Assembly (NCBI GenBank): GCA_907165135.1
Contig: OU015568.1
Span: 9,982,001-10,046,000 of the forward strand
From: Oikopleura dioica
Lineage: Eukaryota > Animalia > Chordata
Length of the DNA stretch: 64,000 bases
Direction: 5' to 3'
Shown: piece by piece, positions 39,201-52,600 of the stretch
Position numbering within the stretch: the stretch's first letter is position 1
How the letters are laid out: each line of letters opens with the position of its first letter
The notes under the pieces: model-generated
What the model was told of the DNA's origin: nothing
The model's database searches: none
Seen by the model: only the letters and a program-made list of their open reading frames with translations
Made by a program: the position numbers and the translations under genes

Positions 39201-42200
39201 GGTCAAAATTGCCGCCATTCGCGCGCTGGCGCACTTTTCGGGCTCCCCCTTCATGCAAGATGATGACACGGTCGAGCTGTTGTTAGACACGGGTTATCGA
39301 AGGCCTTGTTCTACGTACAACCATAGATACAAGAATGCCGATAATATTTATTAACCCGAAGGTAGACACACTTCTCAGCCTCGAAAACGTCGACTCAGCC
39401 CGAGCTCAACTAGCTGTTAGTGTTACTGTGGTGTCCTTGGCCACCGGAGCTCCCCCAAGCGCGGGTGGATTATTTTCGCGAATGACTACCTAATAGCTAA
39501 GCGAAGAATTATAGATGTTGAAATTAAAATAAACGATAATCTTGAGTTTGAATGATTCAGCAACCTAATCTACTGAAACAGTCTTTCTTTGAATTGACTT
39601 CTTCAAGTCATGGAAAAATGATTTGGTTACTAAATTGCCCACCCCGTTGAAAGTGACGGTTTTGACATCGAAAGTGCTGATCTCCGTGTCCGACCGCGAA
39701 TCGTCGAAGCGATCCTGGATCGGACATTCCACAAGGCAAAGGGGAAGCAAAAAGGAACTGGGATTTGGCTGGCCGCGTTGTGCGACGCGGGAAAAACGAG
39801 TGAGCTGTCAGAGGAACTCAACAAGCAGCTATTTTGTGGTCTGCTAAATAGACTCTTACTTAGTTCTGAAGAATCCACTTATTGTGCCAAAGGAATGAGT
39901 TCAAGCTATTTGTAGAGAGAATTCGTTCTGATTTCAACTCTCAATGTTTCTTGGAAAATTTTAGTGGTATTGTACATTGGACCATCTTTTTTGGATGATA
40001 GGCTCATCAATGATGTGATGAGGTTCTGATTTATTATACAGTTTACGGTCGCTACATTTTTAATTGAAAGTAATTACCTCAAAATCCTGTCATTGAATAG
40101 ATCTTGTTTTTATGAAAAATTACTTTTAGAAGTTATTTCTAAAGCTCATCATAACTATACGCACGAATTTACCAATGTTAATTGAATGATTCAGATTTTA
40201 TCAACATCTTCAGAAGAGTAGTTGTAATTGGGATCACGTTATGTAAATCAAGAGGTGGTAACAGGGTCGACTTGTATATTTTTAGAGCATATATCTTATT
40301 CCATTAAAATTGTGGTTTCAAACAGAGAGCAAATTTCGCTAATTAGTAAGAGCGTCTCCCTGCCAAAATGAAAATTTTGAAATTGACAAAAATTTTGCGC
40401 GAGGAAGATTTTTTGTAAGACCTACGATGATTTGTATTTATAAAATAAGCGTGGCTACTCAGATTCTTCACATTCTGCGCGGGAAAAATTAAATCAAACC
40501 TGAGAACTTGAATGTTTCGTGTTGACGGCAATTTTTCCCAGCTCTTGAACTCAAAACAGGTCTCCGAAAATTCCACGCTGTCTCTTCCGAGGAGCAGAGG
40601 AGGACGTTTTCGAATATTCTCAATCTCGTCATCGCACACGGAAAAGTGCCAGAAAAGGATGGAAAGCTTGCCGAAAGAAAGATTCCTTTAGAAGATGCTA
40701 TGGGCTTGAAGGACTTGTTGAAGATCATTTTGGAATTGAAGATTAATGATCACGTCTTTGATCTACTAAGGTACTTATCGACGGGAAAATTAGTAAGATA
40801 GGGTGGCTTTTCTTGACGCTCAAAGTTTACTCGTAGAAGTTTAATTTTCTAATGTGTTGATCCAATTTACGGTGTATTTTAGAGATCTTCCAGTGTCTGG
40901 ATAATAAGCTTTCATTTTTTAGCCTTGGTCTGACTGGTGACTTGACCGCAGTGAAGAATATCGATGAGAAGAGCATCAAACTTCTCGCCCCCGATCTGCT
41001 TCTCATGGTCAACCATAAAAATGACTCGATTAGAAGCATCGGCAAAAATATCTTTCAAGGAGACGGTTGTCAGTTCACGGAAATTATATTTAAAATTGAG
41101 CCTTGTTTGAGCTGATAAAATTAAGCCAGCTCTTATCACCCCGCGTCGGCCTTTCAGCTCGCCCGATAGAACTGACAGTTTAATGGAAAGATGTTAGGAT
41201 GAGTGTCCAGGCCCGGAAGACTGCGGTTTTCACACAACCGGGCAGTTACTGACTTAGTGCGGTATCTAATACGTACTTTCAGTAGTAAACTAAACGAGAA
41301 TTAGAACTCCCCCAGTCCAGAAATGTTTTAAACTACTGTTCTTTCTCGTTCATTTGTCAAATTTCTTTCTTCATTTTGATCGTGCTATTCATTTATTTCA
41401 TAGAAATGCCAATGATGATCGAAGAATCTGTTTAGGCTATCACTCTAAAAAATAAACTAAGACAGTAATTATTGCACAAGTCTAAAAAATGTCAGCTCAG
41501 ACATACCGGCCGCATCATCAACCGCGTCTGTAAGCATTCGAAGTATCAAAAAGAATTGACAGTTTGCTCAAAAATTGTCTGGATAAGTGTCTAGAGCGGA
41601 TACAGGGATTCGACGGGGACTACCGCGAGGCTGCGAATCGAACACTTCCTGTCCTGTTGCAACACTTGAGCGCGGATGTCAATGTACTCCCGCCGGAAAG
41701 GTTTATCGACCTCTGGAACTGCGTGCTCAGATGTTGTGATGATACACGCGATAATGTCAAGGAAGGGACTTTACATCTGTTGTGAGCGGGGCGATGAGTA
41801 GGGGAAATCACAAATAATTAAGCTTTTTTTCTAGCTTAGAAGAGTGAGGTTATAATACAGATTTAGAATCCCCAGAAGCTGGGGATCATTTTGACTATTG
41901 ATAGTGAGGGGTCAACTCGTACCCTGAGGGCATTTAGGCACCTCTGAAGTCCCAAAATCCGGCCAACTTCGGAAATTGGAATTTTTGAACGCCCAGACCG
42001 CCCCTTTAGAGCCAGCGACTGTGCTAGAATTGTAGCCCAGGCTCTGACGGTCATTTTGAGATATAGAAAAGTACTGAGACCCAGGGGTTCCTGAGGAGCT
42101 AGAGGCCCTTGAAGTTCGAGAACTCGACAAAAATTGAGTACTTTTTCACAAAAAGTACACCATTTGTGTCACAAATGCCTCCAAAAGACTCTTTATCTAT

Positions 42201-45200
42201 GGTTCTTCATTAAAAATGTTTAAGAAATTATTTGGGGTCATCCGAGGTCACTCATGATATTTTTTAAATTTTTGATAATTTCTGACCTAGAGTGACCTCG
42301 GATGACCCCAAATGATTTCTTAAACAATTTTAATGAAGAACCATAGATAAAGAGTCTTTTGGAGGCATTTGTGACACAAATGGTGTACTTTTTGTGAAAA
42401 AGTACTCAATTTTTGTCGAGTTCTCGAACTTCAAGGGCCTCTAGCTCCTCAGGAACCCCTGGGTCTCAGTACTTTTCTATATCTCAAAATGACCGTCAGA
42501 GCCTGGGCTACAATTCTAGCACAGTCGCTGGCTCTAAAGGGGCGGTCTGGGCGTTCAAAAATTCCAATTTCCGAAGTTGGCCGGATTTTGGGACTTCAGA
42601 GGTGCCTAAATGCCCTCAGGGTACGAGTTGACCCCTCACTATCAATAGTCAAAATGATCCCCAGCTTCTGGGGATTCTAAATCTGTATTATAACCTCACT
42701 CTTCTAAGCTAGAAAAAAAAGCTTAATTATTAGTGATTTACCCTAGCGATGAGACAATCTTCCGTATCTTTTTCGGACTAGTTTTTTATATGCAGACGTG
42801 TTTTAGTTGAAGAGGAACCTTTTTAGATGAAATACTAATCCCGCCTTCATAATCCCCATTTTTCGAGAAAGAACTCGTCTCCACCTTTCCGATGATAAAT
42901 TGACTCTGGGCTGAATAGAACGCGCGTAAAATTTTAATCACAACCTCAAGCTCGTTTTCACCAAATATCGTTCTTGTTTTTTAAAACTGAATTTATCTCA
43001 ACGTGATTTTTTTATACAGTAACCGTGTCTTTAATAAAGACCCTCCTCGCGTTTTTGAAGAAAAGAACAGTTTGTCAAAGATGAGTACGTTTTCTGAAAA
43101 GTCTCGTCTTCGTGAAAAACGAGTTAGGATCCAGAATCACGTCTTTATTTTCTTTAATTATGCTCGAGGTTTCATGGCTGCTAATTAAATCTTCTAATAA
43201 TCCCAACAGTAGGAAATCCTTCGCTCTCGTGAAAACACCTCGATCGCATGTTAAGGCCAAATTTAAAGCAACAAATTGATAAAATCTAACGAGAAATTCT
43301 CCGGGGTAAAGGTGGAATTTTCATCAAAGGCGTGAATTTTTGATGAGTTGAACTTTTAATGACTAATTATGCCTAGGCAACGGTTGGCGACGATTCTCGC
43401 GAAATTGCATTAACCAGAAAATCACCCCGGAAACGCGTGATTTCAAGGCATCACGCTATCATTTGTGCAAGTCCACGTTATAGGCCGTCGCCACTACGAG
43501 CTGTTTAGAACTGATGAAATTCACCATTCGCGTTGTTAATGAAGCCAGCGTCATTCCGAACTGGATCAAGCCCATGCTTGACATTATTGTTGATGAATAT
43601 CTTGACTCTGCAACAACAACAAACGTGGTGATCGGTATGTCTCTCGTGTCACGGTGGGCTGAATCCAAACGCGGCCTTCCGCCAGAGTTCTTGAATGTTT
43701 CCTTTTGCAATCTTAGCCACTTCACTTTCGAGCACCGCCAAGGTGTTGCACAAGCTATACTTTCAAATTCATCAGCAGATTTTGATTACCGAGCCTTTCA
43801 ACCATCAGTTTACCCGTTTATATCCTTAATTTCTTGAACTCTAAAACAGCTCTTGTTCCCATATGCAACGAAACTGATCCCGATTCTAATCCAGAAATGC
43901 GCAGTCAGCGAGCAAGTAAACATCTCCAAAGGAGCTACACGAAGTCAAAACTACGCCGAAGTCGAACAAGAAACACTCGAGAAAACTAAACACTCTGAGT
44001 TCCTTCGTGTTGGATACAAAATCGTCGACAACGACAACTTCCCCGTTGTCGATTTGAAAGAAATCTGCAACAGAGTTGGGACAATTATTCGTACGGGAGT
44101 TGGAGTCAATGCTAGAGGAGTCGCCTTGAACTTTGGTGCAAGGCTTTGTTTAAAATGGAAAACAGCGCTTTCTGATGGTGTTGGAAAGCTTCTCGCTCCG
44201 ACCCTTGCTCTGCTTGCTAGCGATTCTAATGCACTGAGAATCGAGGCAGCTTCTTCAGTCCCGTTCATGATCGGCGCCGCGAGTGACAAAACAAAATCGA
44301 ATTTCTGCAGCAGAGTGGAGAAAACTACTTCGAATACGCGGAGGCAGGCACAGAATCTTCTCTTGGCTCGGCAATCGCGTCTTCCGTAAAGAAGCTCAGC
44401 GAGGATCAGCGGCCCCAGATGGCCGCTTTGTGCTGGCTGGGCCGATTCGATAAGGCACAGGACAGAGAGTTGAAATCGAATTTAGTGACGGGAAATTTTT
44501 GGAGTCTTAGAATTTTATTACCGTTTTGTTGAATGATATTCTTCAACTTCGATGAAGGGAACTTCTTTTGAAAATGGCTGGGACAACGGAGAATATCAAG
44601 TTCGCCCATATGCCGAAGAAATATTCGACCTAGCAAGCAAAGCCGCCCGTTCACCATCATGGGTAAGTTCGAACGTGCTTCTGCGGTCGGCCATTTTCGG
44701 GAGGCAAGGTCTCCCATCGCCGATGTAAAATCGGTGCTGGATCACACACTTGGTAAAACCGAGCGGCTGCGCTTCATGATGCGCTGGACGGATAAAATAT
44801 TTAGTGGTCACCTACTGGCGTCAAGGGGGCACATTTGCAAAAAATTTTCAAGAATGCAAAAATTAAAACAAAATTGTTGATCAACAATTTTCGCGCTAAG
44901 ATTTACAGATTAAGCTTTCTCACTTCGAATGATATTTTCTAAGGAATTTCGACTTACAACTTCTCTTAAAAGATCAAACATTCGAATGCCGAAACATGAA
45001 TATTTCAAGATTGAAAATTTTAATTGATTTTTAGAACTTTCGTGCTCAGGGGATCGAAGCTCTCTGCGCCGCTACTGAAAGTAGGCAAGTTGTTCCTAGA
45101 AGATTGATCAAGTCCGTTCACTTTGCCTTGGATCAACGATTTTTCAACGGAAAAGAGAAGCTGCTCGAGGAACTTGTTCTAAAGAAAATTTCTGTTTTAG

Positions 45201-45612
45201 AGTAATTAAGGGGTTTTGACTTTTTGAACGAGAATAAAGGCTGTTGGCTTGTTAAGCCAGCTTGCAGAGGATGATCCAACCTTTGTCGATTATGTAAACT
45301 TGCTGATCGGGAATCGAAATCCGGAAACGCTAGCTACAAAGAAAAGTGCCTGACAGCCCTGGCCGATATCTCCGAAAGCATGTCTTCAGATAGGCGTATT
45401 CTAGTGCTTGAGGTGTATATCGACGTTTTGCGGAATACAAGAGCTGTTGGAAACTGGGAAAAACTCAGAGATATAGGAACAGGTTCAATTTTATTGTTCA
45501 CAAATGAACACTGTTTTCGTTTTTCAATAGAAATAAATAAATGAACCTTTCTAAAGTTGTTAGCTGGATGGAAGTAGAGGAAAATGTGCAAGAAGAGCTC
45601 AAAAACATGTAG
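36296..45612 (+). CDS. ECPAS: Proteasome adapter and scaffold ECM29 (HEAT repeats), multi-exon with several apparent frameshifts
   Basis: ELFLKI..DTNEKFEAILDKYL..EIISHIRSRVK..VQLPV; GIWLAAL; LWNCVLRCCDDTRDNVK; PYATKLIPIL; IIRTGVGV. The exon structure is only partly resolved. Confidence 0.85.
41799..42745. mobile_element. 947-bp palindromic (fold-back) non-autonomous element with 8-bp TSD, hAT-like
   Basis: GCGATGAG at 41791-41798 and 42746-42753. Ends TAGGGGAAATCAC / GTGATTTACCCTA. Arms 41799-42253 and 42290-42745 are near-identical reverse complements around a 36-bp spacer. Confidence 0.93.
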
Positions 45613-45787
45613 ACGAAAACTTACTGATAAATCTCGTTTTCAATAATCAAAACTTGTACCTTCAATCTTTTATGTTTCATTTTATTGGTTTAGAATTTCA
45701 CGGATATGGTATTAAAGTTAATTAGCGTTCTGATAGATTCTTTAAATTTTTGTTTACGATTTTGATATATTTAGATAGTTTTTCTAA

Positions 45788-46462
45788 ATGGCTTCGCAGT
45801 CCGAGGGGATCCAAAAACTTCTTGAGGCCGAGAAAGAGGCCCAAAAGGAGGTTGATGCCGCTCGAAGAGGTAAAAATAAACAGCACTCCGAAAAGGCTCT
45901 ATTTCTTTCTGCTTAGTGAAGGCGAAAAAGCTCAAACAAGCCAAAGAAGAGGCAAAAGTCGAGATCCAACAATTTAACAAAGAACGTGAAGCGCAATTTA
46001 AGGTTAGCCACTTTGCTCCTAATTTGCTTAAAATAATAGACGCACTTCTGAAACTATGGGCCTCTAAATTGTCTGTTTATCGTCCAAAATCTGGATGTTG
46101 TTTGGATTGTTGGAAGGAGTTCTAAAGTTGAGAACTGAAACTTCCCGGCTAATGAGGTTGATTTAGGCGAAGGAAGCGGAAGTAATGGGCGGTCGAGAAG
46201 AGCTGCAACGCTGGATCGCCGAACAAACGAAAGGACAAATCGACGAAATGGCCGCTCGTGTCAATCAGTATCAAGCTCAGGTCAGTGCATTTTAACACTT
46301 TTTCGCTGAAATTCTCGGAGAATCCAGCTAATTAACAAGCTACATTTTCCCGTGATGGAACTCGACATTTACAGAATTGAAACATGTTCGTAGGTGATTC
46401 ACGATTTGGTCAGCGCGGTCCAAGACATTCAGCCGCAGCTCCCAAGAAATTTCCGTGGATGA
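45788..46462 (+). CDS. ATP6V1G: V-type proton ATPase subunit G
   Basis: Four exons give [64 protein letters not shown]. Confidence 0.95.
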
Positions 46463-46688
46463 TCATTGATGTCCAAATTTATAAAAAAAATGCGACCCGC
46501 CCAGGCTCGTTGGGCTTCAATTTCTTCTACTACTAATTGGTTTCAAATAGATACATACATGTCTCCGTGCCCATCTTATTATTAATATACAGACTCATTT
46601 ACGCTACGTCCGTTGTTATATCAAACAAGTGTGTGCAATAAATTCTTTATTTCGAAAATCTTGAAGTTTCAAAGTTCAATTAACTAGA

Positions 46689-49401
46689 ATGAGAAACGCG
46701 TTTTTCATTCTTCTCGGAATCGTGTACGGGCAATTCGGCGCGAGCCAAGAAGAATTGGATCTGTTCGATCTTGTTGAGGACGTCAACGCTAATTTCTACG
46801 ATTTTCTTGGTGTAGAACAGGTTAGTCTTACATTATTAAATTATGAACTAGGGAAGAATTTTTGGGAAAAATGTCTTTTCCATGGATTAAGGAACTGATC
46901 AATTTTCATCAAAATCTTAGTCATGGCATTTCTCGCCAAAAATGCTGTGACTCTAAGCGTTCGATTTCGTTCGATTTCGCTAATTCGTCAATTCGCTCTC
47001 CTAGTTGTCATTCTAGCAATAGAGGCTTCCTTTTATCAGCTAATTTTCAGACCGCTACTACGAAAGAAATCAAGTCTAAATACCGCAAATTGTCTCTGAC
47101 ATGGCATCCGGACAAGAACTCTACCGAGGGAGCGACGGAGAATTTCCGCAAGCTGGCCCAAATCGTCGAAGTGCTGAAGAACGAGGAATTGCGGGAGCGT
47201 TACAACCGAGTTCTAGTTGAAGGCCTCCCTAATTGGAAATCAGCCGCATTCTACATGCGTAAAATGCGAAAGATGTCGATGCTCGAAATTTCTATCTTGC
47301 TAACTAGCATTGCCACGATTATTCATTATTGCACCATGTGGGGAAGTTACTGGTAAGAAGCCAATATTCTTGCAAATTATCATTGATTCGATGATGATGT
47401 GAGTTTTCAAAGGGTCACTATTTCTTCAGTCGTGATTGAGTTCTAATGTGATTGATCGATTTTTAGAAAAAATGTGTTCAATTACTGATGCTTGTCTAAT
47501 CAAATTATTCATTTTCAGAGCCTAATAATTTGTATCATAATAAAATGACGCTTTTACAAGAACTTTAGCTTCATTTCAAATTTTATTGAATTTGTAAAAC
47601 AGATTTTAATGTTTACGTAAAAAAATAGTTTAGACGTAACAATATTTCCGATTTCGCAAAAAAACATTCACCCAAGCAATTTCGTCATTTGTAATTTTGA
47701 AGGGAGAAGAAAATGATCCTGGCGGACCAAATCGACGCCGTATCGAAACGCAAAAAGCAAAAAGACGCGGTGAAACATCTGGAGCAAGCGCATTCTTCAA
47801 TTCCGTACCCATCGCTGGGAAATTTGCTGCCGTTTTTGATGCTCCGAGGAACGGTGGCTTTTTTCAAGGCAATTCCAGAGGCGATCAAGACTGCTCGTGA
47901 CCTCAAAGCGCAAGAGGCTGCACGCGTCCTAGCTGAGAAAGAAGCGTATGTTCTAACCACGTGGTTTTGTCCTTAAACCCCCACCTCAAAGGACGCTCTA
48001 AAACGAGACTCAGACAAAAGGTCCTGTAGTTTAGTCTAAGTTCAATACCTTTTATGTCCTTTTTCGAGAGCAAAAGTCCATTTTCAACCCTCTAATTTTC
48101 CATCAGTGCCATTGATAATCCTATCTATTCAGTCTTGAAAATGAGAAAAAAGAAATCGCAGAGGAAAAAGTGCGACGCGAAAAGGCGAAAAAAGAACGTC
48201 TGGAAAAAGAAAAGAAGAGAAAGGCGGTTGAGATGGAGCGTCGAGCTCAGCAACTCAAAGAAATCCAAGGTACCTCCTCTTGACCAAAGATCTCGGATCT
48301 TGAGACCCGTTGATGTTTTTTCTTAGACGCACCTTTTATCTTATTTTTAAGAGCTGCAGGCGCGGAGGAAAGAGGAAGAAGAGGATGATTATGATGAGTT
48401 GGAAGAGGATCTCTACGGAGACTCGACTAAAAAAAGAAAAAGCGACGGGCCGCGCCCTTGGACGGAGGAAGATATGGTCACTCTGACGAGATTGCTTGCT
48501 AAGTTTCCCGGGGGAACTTCTAATAGATGGGACAGGTTCGCTCGCCTGATATAAGAGGGATTTATCAAGTAGTGTTTGCATTATTCATATTTTTCTCTGG
48601 CTTTTCAAGAATCTCAAAGATTCTTGTTTCACCGAAAAGATTCTTTTTCGTGCTGTTAAACCCCGTTCTCACATTTTGCAGAAAGCAAAAATACTGAATA
48701 TTTGTGGACTGCTTTGTGGCATGAATATTTTCTCGGAATTTCCCATACGCTGAATTAGCAACGTACAAAGATACCAGAAAGTGGTTTGCCAGTTAGTGCT
48801 AGCAGTATGCGAGTAACGTATAAAATTGCGCTCAAAATATTTTAAAACGCAATTTGTGAATTGCTCACGGGATGAACTTTTTCTTGTTGATACCGTTGTT
48901 GTTGGAACAAACGAGTTTTTCAGAATCGCTGACGAAATGGACAGAACAGTTCCGGAAATCACGAAAAAGACCAAAGAAGCGCAGAAAAAGATGCATCAGT
49001 ACACTTCTGGCGCGAGCATGTACAGTAGCTCTACAGTAGTTACCCAAAGAAAAGGCAAGTCTGAAGAGACGAACAAAGAGGAAAAGCCAGAAGTAAATGA
49101 GTGGAGTCAAACGCAGCAGAAACTCCTAGAAGTCGCGCTGAAAAAGTTCGGAAAAGACGAGGAAAATCGATGGGATAAAATCGCCGAGACAGTTGAGGGG
49201 AAAACGAAGAGGCAATGCATGCTTAGATACAAATTTATAGGAACTTGGTTTGTCAATTTTAAACATTTCAAAATTTTATCAAAGAAACAACATGATAAAC
49301 AATCTCAAAGCTCAACAAGTAAAGACCCAAAAAGTCCAGTAAAAGTCTTTCGCTTTACAAATTACACTTACAGTTCACTCCCTTTATCTCTTGTGCAATA
49401 A
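46689..49401 (+). CDS. DNAJC1: DnaJ homolog subfamily C member 1 (ER J-domain + two SANT)
   Basis: Signal peptide; ELDLFDLVEDV..NFYDFLGV; HPDKN; GLPNWKSAAFY; SANT1 PWTEED..KFPGGTSNRWD; SANT2 EWSQTQQKLLEVALKKF..RWDKIAETVEGKTKRQC. The exact C-terminus is uncertain. Confidence 0.93.
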
Positions 49402-49672
49402 AAAACAGTCGATTACCATATTCTTCTTTCTTAAAATTCTCGTTGTTTTTTCATCTTCACAGGGGTCTTAATGGCATAATCACCTGAAATTTCGTAACTC
49501 AAGTTCTCACGCTGAATAAGTGTGGAATCTGTTAATATTCGAACGAAACAAGCTGAAGAATGCCTGTCTGTTTTTCGGATGTTTTGAAGAATGTTTTAAA
49601 AGATGCCAACACGTTTTAGGGCTCACAAAATTAACTTGAGCCATTTGTCTGTAAGATTAGTTAAATTGAAGA

Positions 49673-52600
49673 ATGCCTGAGGATGAAGGACCGGTAGTGG
49701 TTGATGAAACGCGGGGAGACAACGGGCGCAACCGCGACCCAGAGCTCGACCAGTTGATGAAATATCTCTCCGAGCTTTCAGAAAACATCATTGCGGAGAC
49801 AGACGACGACGCTAAGCAAACACTCATAGGCAAGGGGTTAGAGAATTCTAACACTTTTTGCTTGATTTTCACATTTAAATTCTTTCGTTTCCTTGAAGAT
49901 ATGCCAATTTGGATGATTCCATTTCCCGGGAATAGGACAAAATATTTTGGGCACCCGAATTGGCATGTTCTGTCAGAGCTTATTTACTGATGCGAAAAAT
50001 AATTAATATTGGCGTAGAATAATATTCGTTTTACAAATTTACTTCGACGCCTGATAAAAACGGTACTATCATACGCGACGGTTAGCTAACCCTGCGGGTT
50101 GAAACGTGCATCCAGGAACTTGGGCCACACATCAAAGGCCTCGTCAAGTGGCGCAAGTTGTCGTTTGTGGTGGAGAGGCTGATCCAGGACGCGAAATTCA
50201 ACGCAATCGCATCATTTCTCGATTCTATTTCCGCCGCCGAGGAAGATCTGTTCGGTCAGTTCCTATGTTTTTTCAATGAATTTTCATTCTCAAAAATATA
50301 CGTCGAAAATAAGAAACATTAGAAAAATCGACTCAAGAACATTCTTTCAACGAAATTGGTAGTTTTATAAATTTCAAATTGGAATACCAGTAGCTGTCCA
50401 AGTGATTTTTGATGACGAAAAACGTTCGCGTATAAAATTCTGTTGAATAGGTTATCTTCAACAAACATGATTATAATTTATAAAGCGCTGTAATCTGCGG
50501 TCAGAGTGCGTAAACGTAAAATAATTCAGGCGAATTGGTGAACGGTGAACACTCTTACTTTGTAATCCGCGCCGCTCTTCGGCAATTTGTCTCCCTCTGC
50601 GCCTCCCTCAACTCGGCAGAAGACGAGGAGTTGAAAAAATGCGCCAAGTCGATGAAGCCGCTAACGAAGCTCTACTCAGAAGACATCATCAAAAAACTTC
50701 GAAATAAATACTCATCGCTACTCTTTCGCGACTTGATACAGGCACATTGTGGGGTGCTTATCGCTGCCGAGAAAAGCCCCGACGGAATACCGGAAATCGA
50801 ATGCCGCGTCAAGGAACTCTCAAAGTCGAATAGGAAGCAATTCGGAGATATTTGCGCGGCGATTTTAGGCTCCGTTCTAAAACTGATAATTTCACGTTAA
50901 CTTTCGTTCTCATCTGATTTTTATTTGAGATAGAGCTGTCAAGAGAGGCTCGCGTTTCTCAGAGATCAGAGGGATGAAAATTTTATCAACCCTTAAAAAG
51001 CTTGAAATTATCCTCTCTAAATGAAGCTTTTCAAAGAGTTGTGATGCATTTGAAAATAATGGAGGACATTTTAATTAGCAGTTTTGAACGTTCAAAAGCT
51101 GTGGAAAATTTACCGGACCTGGCAATGTGCGAAAAAGCGTCGCCCGCTCTTGGCGAAATGTTAATTGTCGTCAAGGAGTCTAGGGAAGACTGGATAGCGG
51201 AAATTGTAAAACACTTCACGCCTTCGAAAGAAGTTGTCAACTCTTATTTGAAATCGGCAGCTGCCAGCCACTTCTTGGAACGTTTGATTTATGCAATGAA
51301 CGAGGCGAGGGCTCACTCTTTTAGAACTTTTTCTTACACGTTTTTTAATTTATTTCCAGCTTCCAGGGTACTTGATTTTTACGAATAAGACGTTTTTCTT
51401 ACTACTTTTGTGAAAAAATATTGTAAGTTCCTTTCAGATGACCTTATTAAGAAACTTAGGAAGGCAATTATCCTTTTTATTATGTAGCGTGTTTGATAGA
51501 CATCACGGTACATTTCTTTATATTTCCTTATTATTACATAATGTTATGATTGATGCAGGGACTTTAAGAGGTATCAATTGATACTATCAATGTTATTCGA
51601 TTAGGAGAAATCCGTCGACAGTACTTAGTAAACAGTAACTTATAAAGTAGGGCGCTCATTCTTTCTACCGTATTTATATTTTTCTCTGTTTATCGGAATA
51701 TTATTCAATGTTTCAATACTGCGAGTCAATACAGTGTAAGATGTGCTGTTACAAAGAAGGAGAATACTGTTACCAAAACTGATGTCTATCGTAAAAATAG
51801 AAAAAAGGGCTTTTATAAAGTATGAACTAAAATAACAAACACTTTGTAAGCTTCCTGAAGATTTCACTTTATTCGGGTCTATTTTATCAAATAAAAACAA
51901 TGATCTTCGGACGAACTTTAAACAGAGTCATCAACCCTCGAATAAGGAGCTGCTGAAAGAGTTCTACAACACCTGGATGCGAGGACGTCTTGAAGAGCTC
52001 GTCTTACACCAGAATGGGAATTTTGTTTTGCAACGGGTGATTACGCATTCCAGTCTCGCGCTTTTCAAGCTGATTATGAACCAGCTGAACGCGCTTGGAT
52101 CACTCAAACAAGCATGGATCAACGGAAAGGGTGGCATAATAGGTTCGTAAAATATTCAAAGCAGTGTTGCCTTCACAGAAAAAAATTCGCACTAACAAAT
52201 AACACTGAAAATTAATATGAAGGATTTTAAATACTGGACTTCTTTTTATTCGTAAACTTCTTTAAAATCAATCTACTCGATGTTGTTATTATAGAAAAAT
52301 ATATTATAGAAAATATATGATTCGAGTATTTCATAATTATCATAACTAGGCTACTTAAAAAAATCTCCGTTAGTCTTGCATTTAGAAAATAGCTCAATTT
52401 GATGGGCGAAGTTCACGGCCTTACTTGCACAATAAACCGTAATAGCTACGTAGTCGTTTGCCCCTACCTATCGTGGTTTATCATTCCACGGTCGCAAAAG
52501 TTAAATATAAAAATATGCCAGTAACACCAAACAATATAACATCATATCTAGTTGAAATCAAAGCACGACTATCGTGGCACCGAGTCGCTCTAAGTTCATC

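Noticed and set aside
41863-42680. Two pairs of identical ORFs on opposite strands
   Set aside because: They mirror each other because of the palindromic element; no transposase features.
41782-42795. A canonical short intron (GTGAGC...TGCAG) as the pre-insertion host of the palindrome
   Set aside because: The following frame stops after 10 codons and adds residues absent from the homologue. Not excluded, but disfavoured.
47385-47460. C/D snoRNA-like stretch (ATGATGA...TTGA) in a DNAJC1 intron
   Set aside because: No canonical CTGA D box and no recognisable rRNA guide; unsupported without Rfam.
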